A DNA stretch of 64,000 nucleotides from Candidatus Omnitrophota bacterium (GTDB taxonomy: Bacteria > Omnitrophota > Gorgyraeia > Gygaellales > Profunditerraquicolaceae), in assembly GCA_016208765.1 (NCBI GenBank), contig JACQXK010000065.1:962-64961 (forward strand), given 5' to 3'. Position 1 is the first letter of the stretch, and each line of letters opens with the position of its first letter. The notes under the pieces were generated by a model. It saw nothing but the letters and a program-made list of their open reading frames with translations. It was not told where the DNA came from and made no database searches. The translations under genes and the position numbers were made by a program. This document shows positions 29,182-38,826 of this stretch, piece after piece.

Positions 29182-29898
29182 GTGATGATCAAATTAGGAA
29201 TTGCTGGTGTTTGTGGAAAGATGGGAAGAAGGATTTATGAAGTAGCTTCTTATGATAAAGATTTTGAAATTACTTTGGCACTTGAGCAAAAAGGCACGCC
29301 TGTTATCGGTAAGGAGCTTGGAAAACTGAGGATTTCATCAAGCCCTGATGGTTTATTTCTTACTGATGTATTTGTAGATTTTACCCTGCCTGAGGCAACT
29401 GAAGTTAATTTAGATTATGTTGCACGTTACAAGAAAGCATTAGTAGTTGGAACAACCGGGTTAAATCAGGCGCAGGTGCAGAAAATTGAAGAGATTTCAA
29501 AGGTTGTTCCGGTTGTTTATTCTCCGAATATGTCTATAGGGGTCAATGTTTTGTTCCAGGTGCTGCCGGATATTGCAAAAAGGCTTGGGCCGGATTACAG
29601 CGTTGAAATTATTGAGGCGCACCATAAATCAAAAAAAGATGCTCCTTCCGGTACCGCTAAGAAACTTGCTGAAGTAATTACCGGGGTTACAAAGAAAGAA
29701 ATTCCTGTTCACGCGGTCCGTCTGGGTGATATTTTTGGTGATCATACTGTTATTTTTTGCGGAAATTCTGAGCGCATTGAGATCAAGCATCAGGCGCATT
29801 CGCGTGATTTGTTTGTGGTCGGTGCGTTAAAGGCGGCGAAGTGGATATTTAATAAACCGCCGGGGCTGTATTCTATGCAGGATGTGTTGAAAGCATAA
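29182..29898 (+). CDS. dapB: 4-hydroxy-tetrahydrodipicolinate reductase
   Basis: IKLGIAGVCGKMG...EIIEAHHKSKKDAPSGTA. Confidence 0.85.
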   Translation: MMIKLGIAGVCGKMGRRIYEVASYDKDFEITLALEQKGTPVIGKELGKLRISSSPDGLFLTDVFVDFTLPEATEVNLDYVARYKKALVVGTTGLNQAQVQKIEEISKVVPVVYSPNMSIGVNVLFQVLPDIAKRLGPDYSVEIIEAHHKSKKDAPSGTAKKLAEVITGVTKKEIPVHAVRLGDIFGDHTVIFCGNSERIEIKHQAHSRDLFVVGALKAAKWIFNKPPGLYSMQDVLKA

Positions 29899-29912
29899 AT
29901 AGGAGATAGTGA

Positions 29913-31073
29913 ATGTTTAAATTGTCAAATAAATTACAAAGTTTGCCTCCGTATTTATTTTTAGAAATTGATAAAGCCAAAAGAAAAGCTCGCTCAGAAG
30001 GCAGGGATATTATTGATTTGGGCATCGGTGACCCGGATCAGCCTACGCCTAATTATATTATTGAAGCATTGTATAAAGCAGCAAAGGATCCGGCAAGCCA
30101 TCGTTATGCGCTTGATCAGGGAATGCCGGCTTTAAGGCGCTCAATTGAGGGTTGGTATAAGAGAAGATTTAATGTTAACTTAAATCCTGACACAGAGGTT
30201 CTTCCTTTGATTGGTTCTAAAGAAGGGATAGCGCATTTTCCTCTTGCTTTTCTTAATGCCGGAGATTATTCTCTGGTTCCTGACCCATGTTATCCGCCTT
30301 ATAAGGCGGGCGCAATTCTTGCCGGTGCAAAGCCATATCTTATGCCGCTTCTTGGTGTAAATAATTTTTTGCCGGATCTAAAAAAAATCCCAAAAAGCAT
30401 CTTAAAGAAATCAAAAGTGATCTTTATTAATTATCCAAATAACCCCACAGGCGCTATTTGTGATAAAGATTTTTACTCTCAAGTTATTAATTTTGCAAGA
30501 AAACATAAGCTGATCGTGGTTTCTGATCTGGCATACTCTGAAATGAGTTATGATGGTTATAAGCCTTCCAGTATGCTTGAGCTTGAGGGCGCCAGGGATG
30601 TGGTGATTGAATTCCATTCGTTATCTAAAACCTTTAATATGACCGGCTGGCGTATAGGCTGGGCATGCGGTAATGCCCAATTAGTGCAGGCCTTGGCCAA
30701 GGTAAAATCAAATATTGATTCCGGTATTTTTACAGCGATTCAATTTGCAGGAGTAGCTGCCTTAGAGGGGCCGCAGGAACATATTAAAAATATGTGTCAG
30801 CTCTATCAGCAAAGGCGTGATTGCCTTGTTGGCGGGTTAAGGAATCTTGGATGGCAGACGAGCAACCCCAAGGCGACTTTTTACGTCTGGATAAAAATCC
30901 CTAAAAAAGATAATTCTATTAATTTTGCTTCGTTAATTTTAGACAAGGCAGATATTGTTGCAACTCCCGGTGTCGGTTTTGGCGAATCCGGCGAAGGCTA
31001 TATCCGTATGGCTTTGACTGTTCCTGAAGAAAGAATCAAAGAGTCAATTGAGCGTTTAAGAAAAATCGGCTAA
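29913..31073 (+). CDS. dapL: LL-diaminopimelate aminotransferase (DapL type, class I aminotransferase)
   Basis: LPPYLFLEIDKAK...IDLGIGDPDQPTP resembles DapL/AGD2. Sits in a lysA-dapF-dapA-dapB context with no dapD/dapE in the window. Confidence 0.7.
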   Translation: MFKLSNKLQSLPPYLFLEIDKAKRKARSEGRDIIDLGIGDPDQPTPNYIIEALYKAAKDPASHRYALDQGMPALRRSIEGWYKRRFNVNLNPDTEVLPLIGSKEGIAHFPLAFLNAGDYSLVPDPCYPPYKAGAILAGAKPYLMPLLGVNNFLPDLKKIPKSILKKSKVIFINYPNNPTGAICDKDFYSQVINFARKHKLIVVSDLAYSEMSYDGYKPSSMLELEGARDVVIEFHSLSKTFNMTGWRIGWACGNAQLVQALAKVKSNIDSGIFTAIQFAGVAALEGPQEHIKNMCQLYQQRRDCLVGGLRNLGWQTSNPKATFYVWIKIPKKDNSINFASLILDKADIVATPGVGFGESGEGYIRMALTVPEERIKESIERLRKIG

Positions 31074-31474
31074 TGATAACCTGTTATTTAGGTGTGGGCT
31101 CAAATTTGGGTGATAGGCTGAAAAATATCAAATTATCAATTCAGAAGATCAATGCCTTAAAAGAAACAAAGGTAATTAAGGTATCTAAAATAATTGAAAC
31201 AAAACCGCTCGGAGGCCCAAAGCGTCAGCCGAAATTTTTGAATGCTTGCTTAAGGATTAAAACCAACCTTTCAGCAGTAAATCTTCTTAAAAAATTAAAA
31301 ACAATTGAAAAAGAGCTCGGTAGGGTAAAAACTGTGCGTTTTGGCCCGCGCATTATTGACCTTGATATTTTGTTGTATGGGGATGGGATTTTAAGAACTA
31401 AAGCCCTGACTATTCCGCATCCGCGCTTATTTGAGCGAACTTTTGTTACAGTTCCATTGAGCGAGGTTTTATGA
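31073..31474 (+). CDS. folK: 2-amino-4-hydroxy-6-hydroxymethyldihydropteridine pyrophosphokinase
   Basis: YLGVGSNLGDR...GPRIIDLDILLYG...PHPR. Confidence 0.85.
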   Translation: MITCYLGVGSNLGDRLKNIKLSIQKINALKETKVIKVSKIIETKPLGGPKRQPKFLNACLRIKTNLSAVNLLKKLKTIEKELGRVKTVRFGPRIIDLDILLYGDGILRTKALTIPHPRLFERTFVTVPLSEVL

Positions 31475-32331
31475 AAATAGTAAAAGACCCGAGAAAAGTG
31501 AATTCCATAATTAAGGAAGTTAAGCTTAAGGGAAAGAGTATTGGTTTTGTGCCAACGATGGGGGCTTTACATGAAGGGCATTTAAGCTTGATCCGGCAAG
31601 CGCACAAGGAAAATGATTTTACGGTAGTAAGTATTTTTGTTAATCCCATGCAATTTGGCCCGAAAGAGGACTTGAAGAAATACCCTCGCCTGATACAAAA
31701 TGATTTAATGCTTTGTAAAAAAGATAATGTTGATTTAGTATTCCTGCCGGATTCAAAGAATCTTTATCCGCCGGAGTTTGGGACTTTTGTAAAGGTCAAA
31801 GGATTGAGTGATTGTTTATGCGCTAAATCAAGGCCAATGCATTTTCAGGGAGTTACGACTGTAATAACAAAACTTTTTAACATTGTTTGCCCGGACGTTG
31901 CTTATTTTGGGCAAAAAGATGCGCAGCAGGCAATAATTATAAAACGTTTGTCAGAAGATTTGAATTTTCCTGTTAAGATTTCAATGCTTGAAACGGTGCG
32001 CGCTAAAGATGGCCTGGCTCTAAGTTCAAGAAATGCTTACCTGAGCAAAAGCCAAAGGCAGGATGCTTTGGTTTTATCGCAGGCTTTAAAATTGGCAAAG
32101 AAGATGATTGATAGGGGAGAAACAGTTTCAAAAAAGATAATTTCTTCAATGCGGCGGCTGATTCAACAAAATAAATCTGCAAAGATTGATTATGTGGAGA
32201 TTGTTGATTTTAATAATTTGAGGCCTGTAAAAAAGATTTCAGGCAAGTGCCTGATTGTTTTGGCAGTATGGATTGGTAAAATAAGGTTAATTGATAATAT
32301 CATTGTAGGGACGGTTCTGAAACACGGTTGA
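31471..32331 (+). CDS. panC: pantoate--beta-alanine ligase
   Basis: GFVPTMGALHEGHLSL. Confidence 0.9.
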   Translation: MKIVKDPRKVNSIIKEVKLKGKSIGFVPTMGALHEGHLSLIRQAHKENDFTVVSIFVNPMQFGPKEDLKKYPRLIQNDLMLCKKDNVDLVFLPDSKNLYPPEFGTFVKVKGLSDCLCAKSRPMHFQGVTTVITKLFNIVCPDVAYFGQKDAQQAIIIKRLSEDLNFPVKISMLETVRAKDGLALSSRNAYLSKSQRQDALVLSQALKLAKKMIDRGETVSKKIISSMRRLIQQNKSAKIDYVEIVDFNNLRPVKKISGKCLIVLAVWIGKIRLIDNIIVGTVLKHG

Positions 32332-32333
32332 AA

Positions 32334-32352
32334 CTGTCCCCTATGGGGACAC
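32334..32352 (+). terminator. short GC hairpin (GTCCCCtatGGGGAC) after panC, a weak terminator or attenuator
   Basis: Read directly. The downstream T-run is poor. Confidence 0.3.
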
Positions 32353-32388
32353 TTTTAAGCGTAATCCAGAACCGTCCCTAACTGACAA

Positions 32389-33201
32389 ATGCTAAAAATA
32401 GGAATTGTAGGTTGCGGTGCGATTGGGAGTTCTTTGGCTCAAGGTATCATTAGGGATTTCTCAAAAGAGGCAGAGCTTGTTGCGCTTTTTGATTCTAATA
32501 TTAGCAAAGTTCAGAAATTATCCGGCAAGGTTAAAAAGGATTCTCTGGCTGTTGACACTCTTGCGCGGCTAATCCGCAAATCTGAGTTAGTTATTGAATG
32601 CGCCTCTGCAGGAAGCTCTTTTGGTATTGCTAAGTCAGCATTAGCGGCTTCAAAAGATATTTTGATCATGAGTGTGGGAGGGGTTGTCGGGAAATTGCCA
32701 TATTTAAGCAGCCTGGCCAAAAAGAATAAATCCAGGATATTTATTCCAAGTGGAGCGATTGCAGGCATTGATGCGCTTAAAGCCGCGAACATGCACAAAA
32801 TAAAGAAAGTGACCATTACAACAACAAAGAACCCGGTTTCGTTTGAGTCTGTTGAGTATGTTAAGAAAAAGAAGATCAATCTTAAAGAATTAACTAAAGA
32901 CAAGGTTCTGTTTTTCGGCCCGGCAAAAGAAGCTGTGAAATATTTTCCGCAAAATATTAATGTTGCAGCGGTTTTAAGCCTGGCTGGTATCGGGGAAGAA
33001 AAGACCATGGTCAAGATAATTGCTTCTCCCGAGACTAAAAGAAATATTCATGAAATCCTGATTGAATCCGGCGCCGGAAATATTTTTACCCGCGTTGAGA
33101 ATATACTTCATCCGGATAATCCCAAGACAAGCTATCTGGCGGTTCTTTCAGCATTGGCAACATTAAGGCAGATTTTTTTGCCTGTTAAGATCGGCACTTA
33201 A
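32389..33201 (+). CDS. aspartate dehydrogenase-like NAD(P)-binding protein (NadX/DUF108 family)
   Basis: IGIVGCGAIG Rossmann start and IPSGAIAGIDALKAA. Confidence 0.55.
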   Translation: MLKIGIVGCGAIGSSLAQGIIRDFSKEAELVALFDSNISKVQKLSGKVKKDSLAVDTLARLIRKSELVIECASAGSSFGIAKSALAASKDILIMSVGGVVGKLPYLSSLAKKNKSRIFIPSGAIAGIDALKAANMHKIKKVTITTTKNPVSFESVEYVKKKKINLKELTKDKVLFFGPAKEAVKYFPQNINVAAVLSLAGIGEEKTMVKIIASPETKRNIHEILIESGAGNIFTRVENILHPDNPKTSYLAVLSALATLRQIFLPVKIGT

Positions 33202-33263
33202 TCTCGTATTTGGCGGGGTTAGTGTGCAGATAAAATTAATAAACTGAAGGGGGGTGAATCAGC

Positions 33264-33506
33264 ATGGCGGAAAAAGTTATGAAAGTAGGAGTTAAAAGAG
33301 AAAAAGGCTATCTCTATTACCTTGACAAGCAAGGTGATGTTTCTTGCGCAAAAATGGCAAGAGGCAATAAAAAAGGAGGCAGCCCGAAAAAAGTAGCTAA
33401 GTGCGGTATCAAGAGAAAAGTAGGCTACTTGTATTTCATTGACAAACAGGGCGATGTCTCTTGTGCTAAAATGAAAGTCGGCGGAAAGAAGAAAAAGAAG
33501 AGATAA
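33264..33506 (+). CDS. small basic protein with two 23-aa tandem repeats (KxGYLY[YF][LI]DKQGDVSCAKM)
   Basis: RBS AAGGGGGG. The internal DNA and protein repeat was read directly. Lys/Gly-rich tails. Confidence 0.5.
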   Translation: MAEKVMKVGVKREKGYLYYLDKQGDVSCAKMARGNKKGGSPKKVAKCGIKRKVGYLYFIDKQGDVSCAKMKVGGKKKKKR

Positions 33507-33526
33507 TACCTGAGAAAAAGAGATGA

Positions 33527-33568
33527 GCCCCTGTAAACGCATTATTTTGCATTTACAGGGGCTTTCTT
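33527..33568 (+). terminator. stem-loop terminator (GCCCCTGTAAA...TTTACAGGGGC followed by TTTCTT)
   Basis: 11-bp perfect stem. Confidence 0.55.
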
Positions 33569-33575
33569 CCATATT

Positions 33576-35462
33576 ATGAATTTATCATTTAAAAATAATA
33601 ATTTTATTGTATTGATCAGCGCGGTCATATTTTATCTGGTTTATTTTATCCTGATCAGCGTGATGAGGTATAATTCTTTTTCCTTTCATGACTTTGACCT
33701 GGCAGTGCACGCGCTTTCCATGTGGAATATTTTGCATGGTTCAATTTATAATTCTATACTCGGGATACCGTTTTTGGGCAACCACGTGCATTTAATACTC
33801 TTTTTAATTGCTCCTGTCTATGCGATATTTTCCCACCCGCTGGCCCTGCTTATTTTACAAACTTTAGCACTGGGATTAGGCGCTATCCCATTGTATAAGC
33901 TTGCTGCAAGAGTTTTAGGAGAGAACTGGGGATTAATAGTCGGCATAATTTATTTATTCTATCCGGCGTTAGGTTATACAAACCTGTTTGAATTTCATCC
34001 CACAGTATTTGCCACATTATTCTTATTGCTTACCTGTTATTATTTTGAGCTGAATTCTTTTCCTAAATTTTTGTTTTTTATGATTTTGTCCATGCTTTGC
34101 CAGGAAAATATAGCCCTTGCAGTAATTATGTTTGGGTTCTTGAGTTTTATTAATAAAAAAGGGCCTAAGTGGATATTAACCCCGTTTCTTGCAGGAATTT
34201 CCTATTTTTTTATTTCCATGTCAATAATGTCTTATTTTAATCAAAACACCGTGCAGTTCTTGAATATTTACAGCCATTTAGGAAATTCTTCCGGCAACAT
34301 ACTTTCAAATGTTTTCCTTCATCCGGGGTTGTTCTTGAAAACAATTTTTAGAAAAGAATGCCTGTTTTATCTGTTTAATTTATTTGCTCCTGTTTCATTT
34401 CTTCCGTTATTAAGCCCGTTAAGGCTGCTGCCGGCAATGCCTTTTTTGTTGCAGCATATGCTTTCTACAAGGCAGACTGAACTTACTATTTATTATCATT
34501 ATGCTGCGGAGATAATCCCTTTTATTTTTATCAGCCTGATTTACGGGATAAAATTCTTTCTGGATAAAGAGAAGAATAACCTGCGCCCATGGCTTTTAAA
34601 GGTTTCTTTGATTTTTGTCATTTTAATTTCTAATTTGATTTATGGGCCGCATTTTAAGGCAATGCCTAAGTTATTCAGTGAATATAGAATGAATTATCTT
34701 GACCGCTATAAAGAAGAATTTATCCGGCAGATTCCGCAGGGAGCTTCTGTGGTGGCGACATTTGAATTCCTGCCGCGTCTTTCCAGCCGCAAGGATGTCT
34801 ATTCACTGCATCATAAATATATGGGTTTTTATACGCTTTCTTCAAAGAAATACGATCTGCCTGATGTTGATTTTGCTTTGGTGGATTTTAATGATACTCT
34901 TACTTTCGCTGGCTTTTACCGTCCGGATTTTTACAAGAATCTTCAACAGCTGATGATCCAGGAAAAATGGAAGGTGCAAAGCCTTATGGAATCAGTTGTT
35001 TTATTTAATAAGAATGGCCCTTCTGATACAGCGCTTTTTAATGTGGCAAGAGAGCCGTTTTTTATAACTGCTCCCGGGCGCGTAGTCAGTATTGAGCAAG
35101 GTGTTGCCCTGGTCGGTGTTGATGTTAAAGAAAGAAATGAAGATAACCTTTTTGATATTACTTTATATTGGCAAAGTTTAAAACAAACGCCAAGGGATAT
35201 AAACATCTTTCTTGATTTCCTTGACAGTAAAGGCAATCTGGTGGCGCGTAAGTTTCATCCTGTCTGTTACAGGATTTATCCGACACGCGCCTGGCAGGCA
35301 GGGGAATTTATAAAAGAAAGAGTGCGCATTGATACTGAAGGTATTTCTTCCAAAGGGTCTTGTCTAAAAATGGGTTTCTTTGATTATCAAACCGGAGAAT
35401 TACTTAAGGTAAGCGGAGAAGTTGACGTCATGGGAAGGTTAACAATCATGGAGAAGAAATGA
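33576..35462 (+). CDS. DUF2079-family polytopic membrane protein (putative GT-C-like glycosyltransferase) with a soluble C-terminal domain
   Basis: About 11 TM segments. N-terminal YNSFSFHDFDLAVHALSMWN pattern. Confidence 0.5.
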   Translation: MNLSFKNNNFIVLISAVIFYLVYFILISVMRYNSFSFHDFDLAVHALSMWNILHGSIYNSILGIPFLGNHVHLILFLIAPVYAIFSHPLALLILQTLALGLGAIPLYKLAARVLGENWGLIVGIIYLFYPALGYTNLFEFHPTVFATLFLLLTCYYFELNSFPKFLFFMILSMLCQENIALAVIMFGFLSFINKKGPKWILTPFLAGISYFFISMSIMSYFNQNTVQFLNIYSHLGNSSGNILSNVFLHPGLFLKTIFRKECLFYLFNLFAPVSFLPLLSPLRLLPAMPFLLQHMLSTRQTELTIYYHYAAEIIPFIFISLIYGIKFFLDKEKNNLRPWLLKVSLIFVILISNLIYGPHFKAMPKLFSEYRMNYLDRYKEEFIRQIPQGASVVATFEFLPRLSSRKDVYSLHHKYMGFYTLSSKKYDLPDVDFALVDFNDTLTFAGFYRPDFYKNLQQLMIQEKWKVQSLMESVVLFNKNGPSDTALFNVAREPFFITAPGRVVSIEQGVALVGVDVKERNEDNLFDITLYWQSLKQTPRDINIFLDFLDSKGNLVARKFHPVCYRIYPTRAWQAGEFIKERVRIDTEGISSKGSCLKMGFFDYQTGELLKVSGEVDVMGRLTIMEKK

Positions 35463-37147
35463 CAAAAACCAAATGTAATTTATGCGGGTCTTTGTATTAC
35501 AGGATTGTTTATGATATCCGGTCCAAAAATCCTGATACCCAGGTGCTAAATCAATATAAGATCACCGAGGATAAATCTGATTTGCATAATTTAAAGATTG
35601 TGCGTTGCCTTAGGTGCGGATTGGTGTATGCAAGCGTTCATGATAACCTTAAGGATATATTTTCTAAATACTGCAGCATGGAGGATCCTCTCTACATTAG
35701 CGAGGAAAAAGGAAGAAGGCTGGCCGCAAAGATACTTTTAAATAAAATGTTGAAGTTTCGCAGGAAAGGCAGGATTTTGGATGTAGGATGTGCTGCTGGT
35801 TTCCTGCTTGATGAAGCAAAAAAACTTGGATGGGATGTTCATGGGGTTGAGTTGTCTTCTTGGGCTGTAAAATACGCAAAGGAAAAATTAGGATTAAATG
35901 TATTTGAGGGGACTCTTAAGGATGCAAGTTTCGCCTATAATTATTTTGATGCTGTAGTTATGACTGATGTAATTGAACATCTCTCTGACCCGCGCAAGGT
36001 GTTAGAAGAGGCGAGGAGGGTTTTAAAACCCGATGGTATTCTTTGTGTTTCTACTCCGGATATTGAGAGTTTGTTAAGCAAAACATTAAGGGCAAAATGG
36101 TGGGGGATACAGCAGTCGCACCTTTTTTATTTCTCCCGTAAAACACTTAACCGCATGCTTGATGCTGCAGGGTTTAAAGTAATAAAATATTCGCCTTATG
36201 CGCGCGTGTTTAGCTCGCAATACATTTCAAGCCGGCTTTCAAAGTATAATTCATTTGCCAGCGGTTTGTTCGGTTTTTTTGCAAAGTATATTTTTCCAAA
36301 AGATTTTTTATTAAGAATTAATTTCTATGATCAGGTGGTTGCTTTTGCCAAGAAGAAACGCAGCCTTTCTTTTATCCAAGCCGACGAGAAGAACCCGGTT
36401 GATATAAACCATAACAAGAAAATGAGAACGATTGTGGTGCTTCCTGCGTATAATGCTGCTAAAACCCTTTCTATGACGATTAAGGATATCCCCAAAGATT
36501 TGGTGGATGATGTTATCTTGGTTGATGATGATAGCAAGGATGATACGGTTAAAGTTGCAAAGCATTTGGGTATCAAGGTTTTTACTCATCGTAAGAACAT
36601 GGGTTATGGAGCTAACCAGAAAACTTGTTATTCCAAGGCTCTTGAAATGGGGGCAGAAATTGTGGTGATGGTGCACCCGGATTATCAGTATGATCCGACA
36701 ATAATCCCAAAACTCATTGAGCCGATCCAAACCGGCGAGGCTGATGCGGTCTTTGGCTCAAGGATGATGAAGGGCGGTGCGCTTGAAGGGGGGATGCCTT
36801 TGTGGAAACACAACGTGAATATTTTGTTAACGGCCCTTGAAAATGTTGTTTTAGGCACGTATCTTACTGAATATCACAGCGGTTTTCGCGCCTACAGCGC
36901 AAAATACCTCAGGCAGATAAATTTTATGCACAACTCAGACAATTTTGTTTTTGATAATGAAATGATCGTTCAGGGGGTGCTAAATTACCTTAAGATTGAA
37001 GAGGTGCCGATAAAGACACGTTATTTTGATGAGGCCTCAAGTATTAAATTACTGCCTTCAATAATTTATGGTTTAGGTATTTTAAAAACGCTTCTTAAAT
37101 ACATCCTGCACAAGCATAATATTATTCGTTTTAAACAGTTTGAATGA
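35459..37147 (+). CDS. bifunctional class I SAM-dependent methyltransferase / family-2 glycosyltransferase (polyprenol-phosphate sugar synthase-like)
   Basis: Zn-ribbon CNLCGS...CLRCG. MTase motif ILDVGCAAGFL. The GT2 region has VVLPAYNAAKTL...ILVDDDSKDDT... Confidence 0.7.
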   Translation: MTKTKCNLCGSLYYRIVYDIRSKNPDTQVLNQYKITEDKSDLHNLKIVRCLRCGLVYASVHDNLKDIFSKYCSMEDPLYISEEKGRRLAAKILLNKMLKFRRKGRILDVGCAAGFLLDEAKKLGWDVHGVELSSWAVKYAKEKLGLNVFEGTLKDASFAYNYFDAVVMTDVIEHLSDPRKVLEEARRVLKPDGILCVSTPDIESLLSKTLRAKWWGIQQSHLFYFSRKTLNRMLDAAGFKVIKYSPYARVFSSQYISSRLSKYNSFASGLFGFFAKYIFPKDFLLRINFYDQVVAFAKKKRSLSFIQADEKNPVDINHNKKMRTIVVLPAYNAAKTLSMTIKDIPKDLVDDVILVDDDSKDDTVKVAKHLGIKVFTHRKNMGYGANQKTCYSKALEMGAEIVVMVHPDYQYDPTIIPKLIEPIQTGEADAVFGSRMMKGGALEGGMPLWKHNVNILLTALENVVLGTYLTEYHSGFRAYSAKYLRQINFMHNSDNFVFDNEMIVQGVLNYLKIEEVPIKTRYFDEASSIKLLPSIIYGLGILKTLLKYILHKHNIIRFKQFE

Positions 37148-38826
37148 AGCTAAATAAAATAACATTATCAAAAGATAAAATATTTATAATTTTACTGGCG
37201 CTGGTTGGTTTTGTTGTATATTCTAACAGCCTGTTTAATGATTTTGTATTTGATGACAAGGCGCTTATTGTTTACAACCCGGCAATAAAGTCAGCAAAAT
37301 TCCTGCCGCAGATCCTGCAAAAGGATATTTATATAAACTTTTGGCAAAATACTCCCAATCAGCCTGTATCTAATGTTTACAGGCCCTGCCAACTTTTAAG
37401 TTATTACCTTGATTACAAAATCTGGGGGCTTAATCCGCTTGGTTTTCATTTAATGAACCTGATTTTGCATTTGTTAAACGCCGTCCTGATTTTTTATCTT
37501 ATATTTGCGCTTTTTTCTGATTTTAAGGTTTCGGCGCTGGTGAGTGTTTTGTTCCTGGTGCATCCTCTGCAGACTTCAGTAGTTTCTTATATTGCCGGGA
37601 GAGCTGATTTATTAAGTTTTCTTTTTATGTTGTTGGGCCTGTTTTGTTTTTTAAAGTTTAATCAAACAAGATACGGCAAATTTTATGTATTTAGCCTGAT
37701 TTGTGCCCTGCTTGCCTTACTGTCACGGGAAAATGCTTTGCTGTTTCTTGTTTTTTTATTGTTAATTTTATACATTCAAAAAGCAAAACCAGGCCAGTAC
37801 CTCTGGGCGGCCCCTTTTGTTTTACTGGATTTTGCCTATTTATTATGGAGAAATTATCTCTTCGGAAGTGTTCAAATGCCTCTTCCTGCCGGACAGCTGC
37901 ATTTTTGGCAGTACCTGCTGAATATTTTAAATTTGATATTTCAATATGTTTTGCTTTTGCTATCGCCTCTTGATTTGAGGTTGTTGCGGACTACCCCGTT
38001 TTTAAATTCATTTATTCAGCCGCAGGCTATTTTGGTAACAGGGTTTTTCATCTTATTGGTGTCCGGGCTGATCTTCTTTAGAAAAAATAGATTACTTGTC
38101 TTCGGAACGGGATGGTTTATTTTTGGCCTTGTTCCGGTATTTATTTATTTTGATAAATATTCCATGCTTTATGGCGCGTTGATGGCGGAAAGCTGGGCGT
38201 ATGTTTCTTCGCTTGGTTTTTTTATTGTGCTGGTGTTTATATTAATGAAAAACAGGAGAATAGGGGGATTGCTTTTAATAATCCTGATTTTATTTTATTC
38301 TGCGCTTACTTTGGCAAATAACTTTTACTGGAAAAAGGATCTGATCATTTTTAAAAGGATCATGCAGTTTGCCGATCCCAGGTTACCGATAAGAAAATCT
38401 TTGATTAATGAGTACCTTGTTTATGGCCGCTATAATGAGGCTTTGGATGAAATTAAAAAGTATAAAGGATATTATCCTGACGATCCAAACTTGGAAATAT
38501 TATGCGGGAATTATTATTTTTATACTCAGGATATCAAAAAGGCAATAGCGCGTTATCAGGAGGCAATCCGCAGAAAAGGCCAGGACTTTTTTGTATTTTA
38601 CAGATTAAGTATTTGTTATAAAATATTAGGGCAGCTTGATAAAGCAATTGATCTCGGCCTTGCTGCATATAAAATCAATCCCTATTTTGTGCCGAACCTG
38701 ATTGAGCTTGGAGAATCATACCGTCAAAAACAAGATTTTGTTTCAACCAGGAAATATTATTCTTTAGCCTTGTCACTTGAGCCGCGCAATAAAATAATAA
38801 GGAGTTTACTGGAAGATGCCAAATGA
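37144..38826 (+). CDS. TMTC/PMT-like polytopic membrane protein with C-terminal TPR repeats (putative protein O-glycosyltransferase)
   Basis: N-terminal [22 protein letters not shown] motif, multiple TM segments, TPR-like C-terminus. Paralogous to ORF 60438..62405. Confidence 0.5.
   Translation: MKLNKITLSKDKIFIILLALVGFVVYSNSLFNDFVFDDKALIVYNPAIKSAKFLPQILQKDIYINFWQNTPNQPVSNVYRPCQLLSYYLDYKIWGLNPLGFHLMNLILHLLNAVLIFYLIFALFSDFKVSALVSVLFLVHPLQTSVVSYIAGRADLLSFLFMLLGLFCFLKFNQTRYGKFYVFSLICALLALLSRENALLFLVFLLLILYIQKAKPGQYLWAAPFVLLDFAYLLWRNYLFGSVQMPLPAGQLHFWQYLLNILNLIFQYVLLLLSPLDLRLLRTTPFLNSFIQPQAILVTGFFILLVSGLIFFRKNRLLVFGTGWFIFGLVPVFIYFDKYSMLYGALMAESWAYVSSLGFFIVLVFILMKNRRIGGLLLIILILFYSALTLANNFYWKKDLIIFKRIMQFADPRLPIRKSLINEYLVYGRYNEALDEIKKYKGYYPDDPNLEILCGNYYFYTQDIKKAIARYQEAIRRKGQDFFVFYRLSICYKILGQLDKAIDLGLAAYKINPYFVPNLIELGESYRQKQDFVSTRKYYSLALSLEPRNKIIRSLLEDAK

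Noticed and set aside
32511..33014. 167-aa minus-strand ORF inside the nadX-like gene
   Set aside because: Antisense to a gene with a clear Rossmann N-terminus. No start-site signals.
33219..33572. 117-aa minus-strand ORF overlapping the small tandem-repeat protein gene
   Set aside because: The + strand ORF has a strong RBS and a downstream terminator, and its repeat shows synonymous divergence. The minus ORF is a shadow frame.
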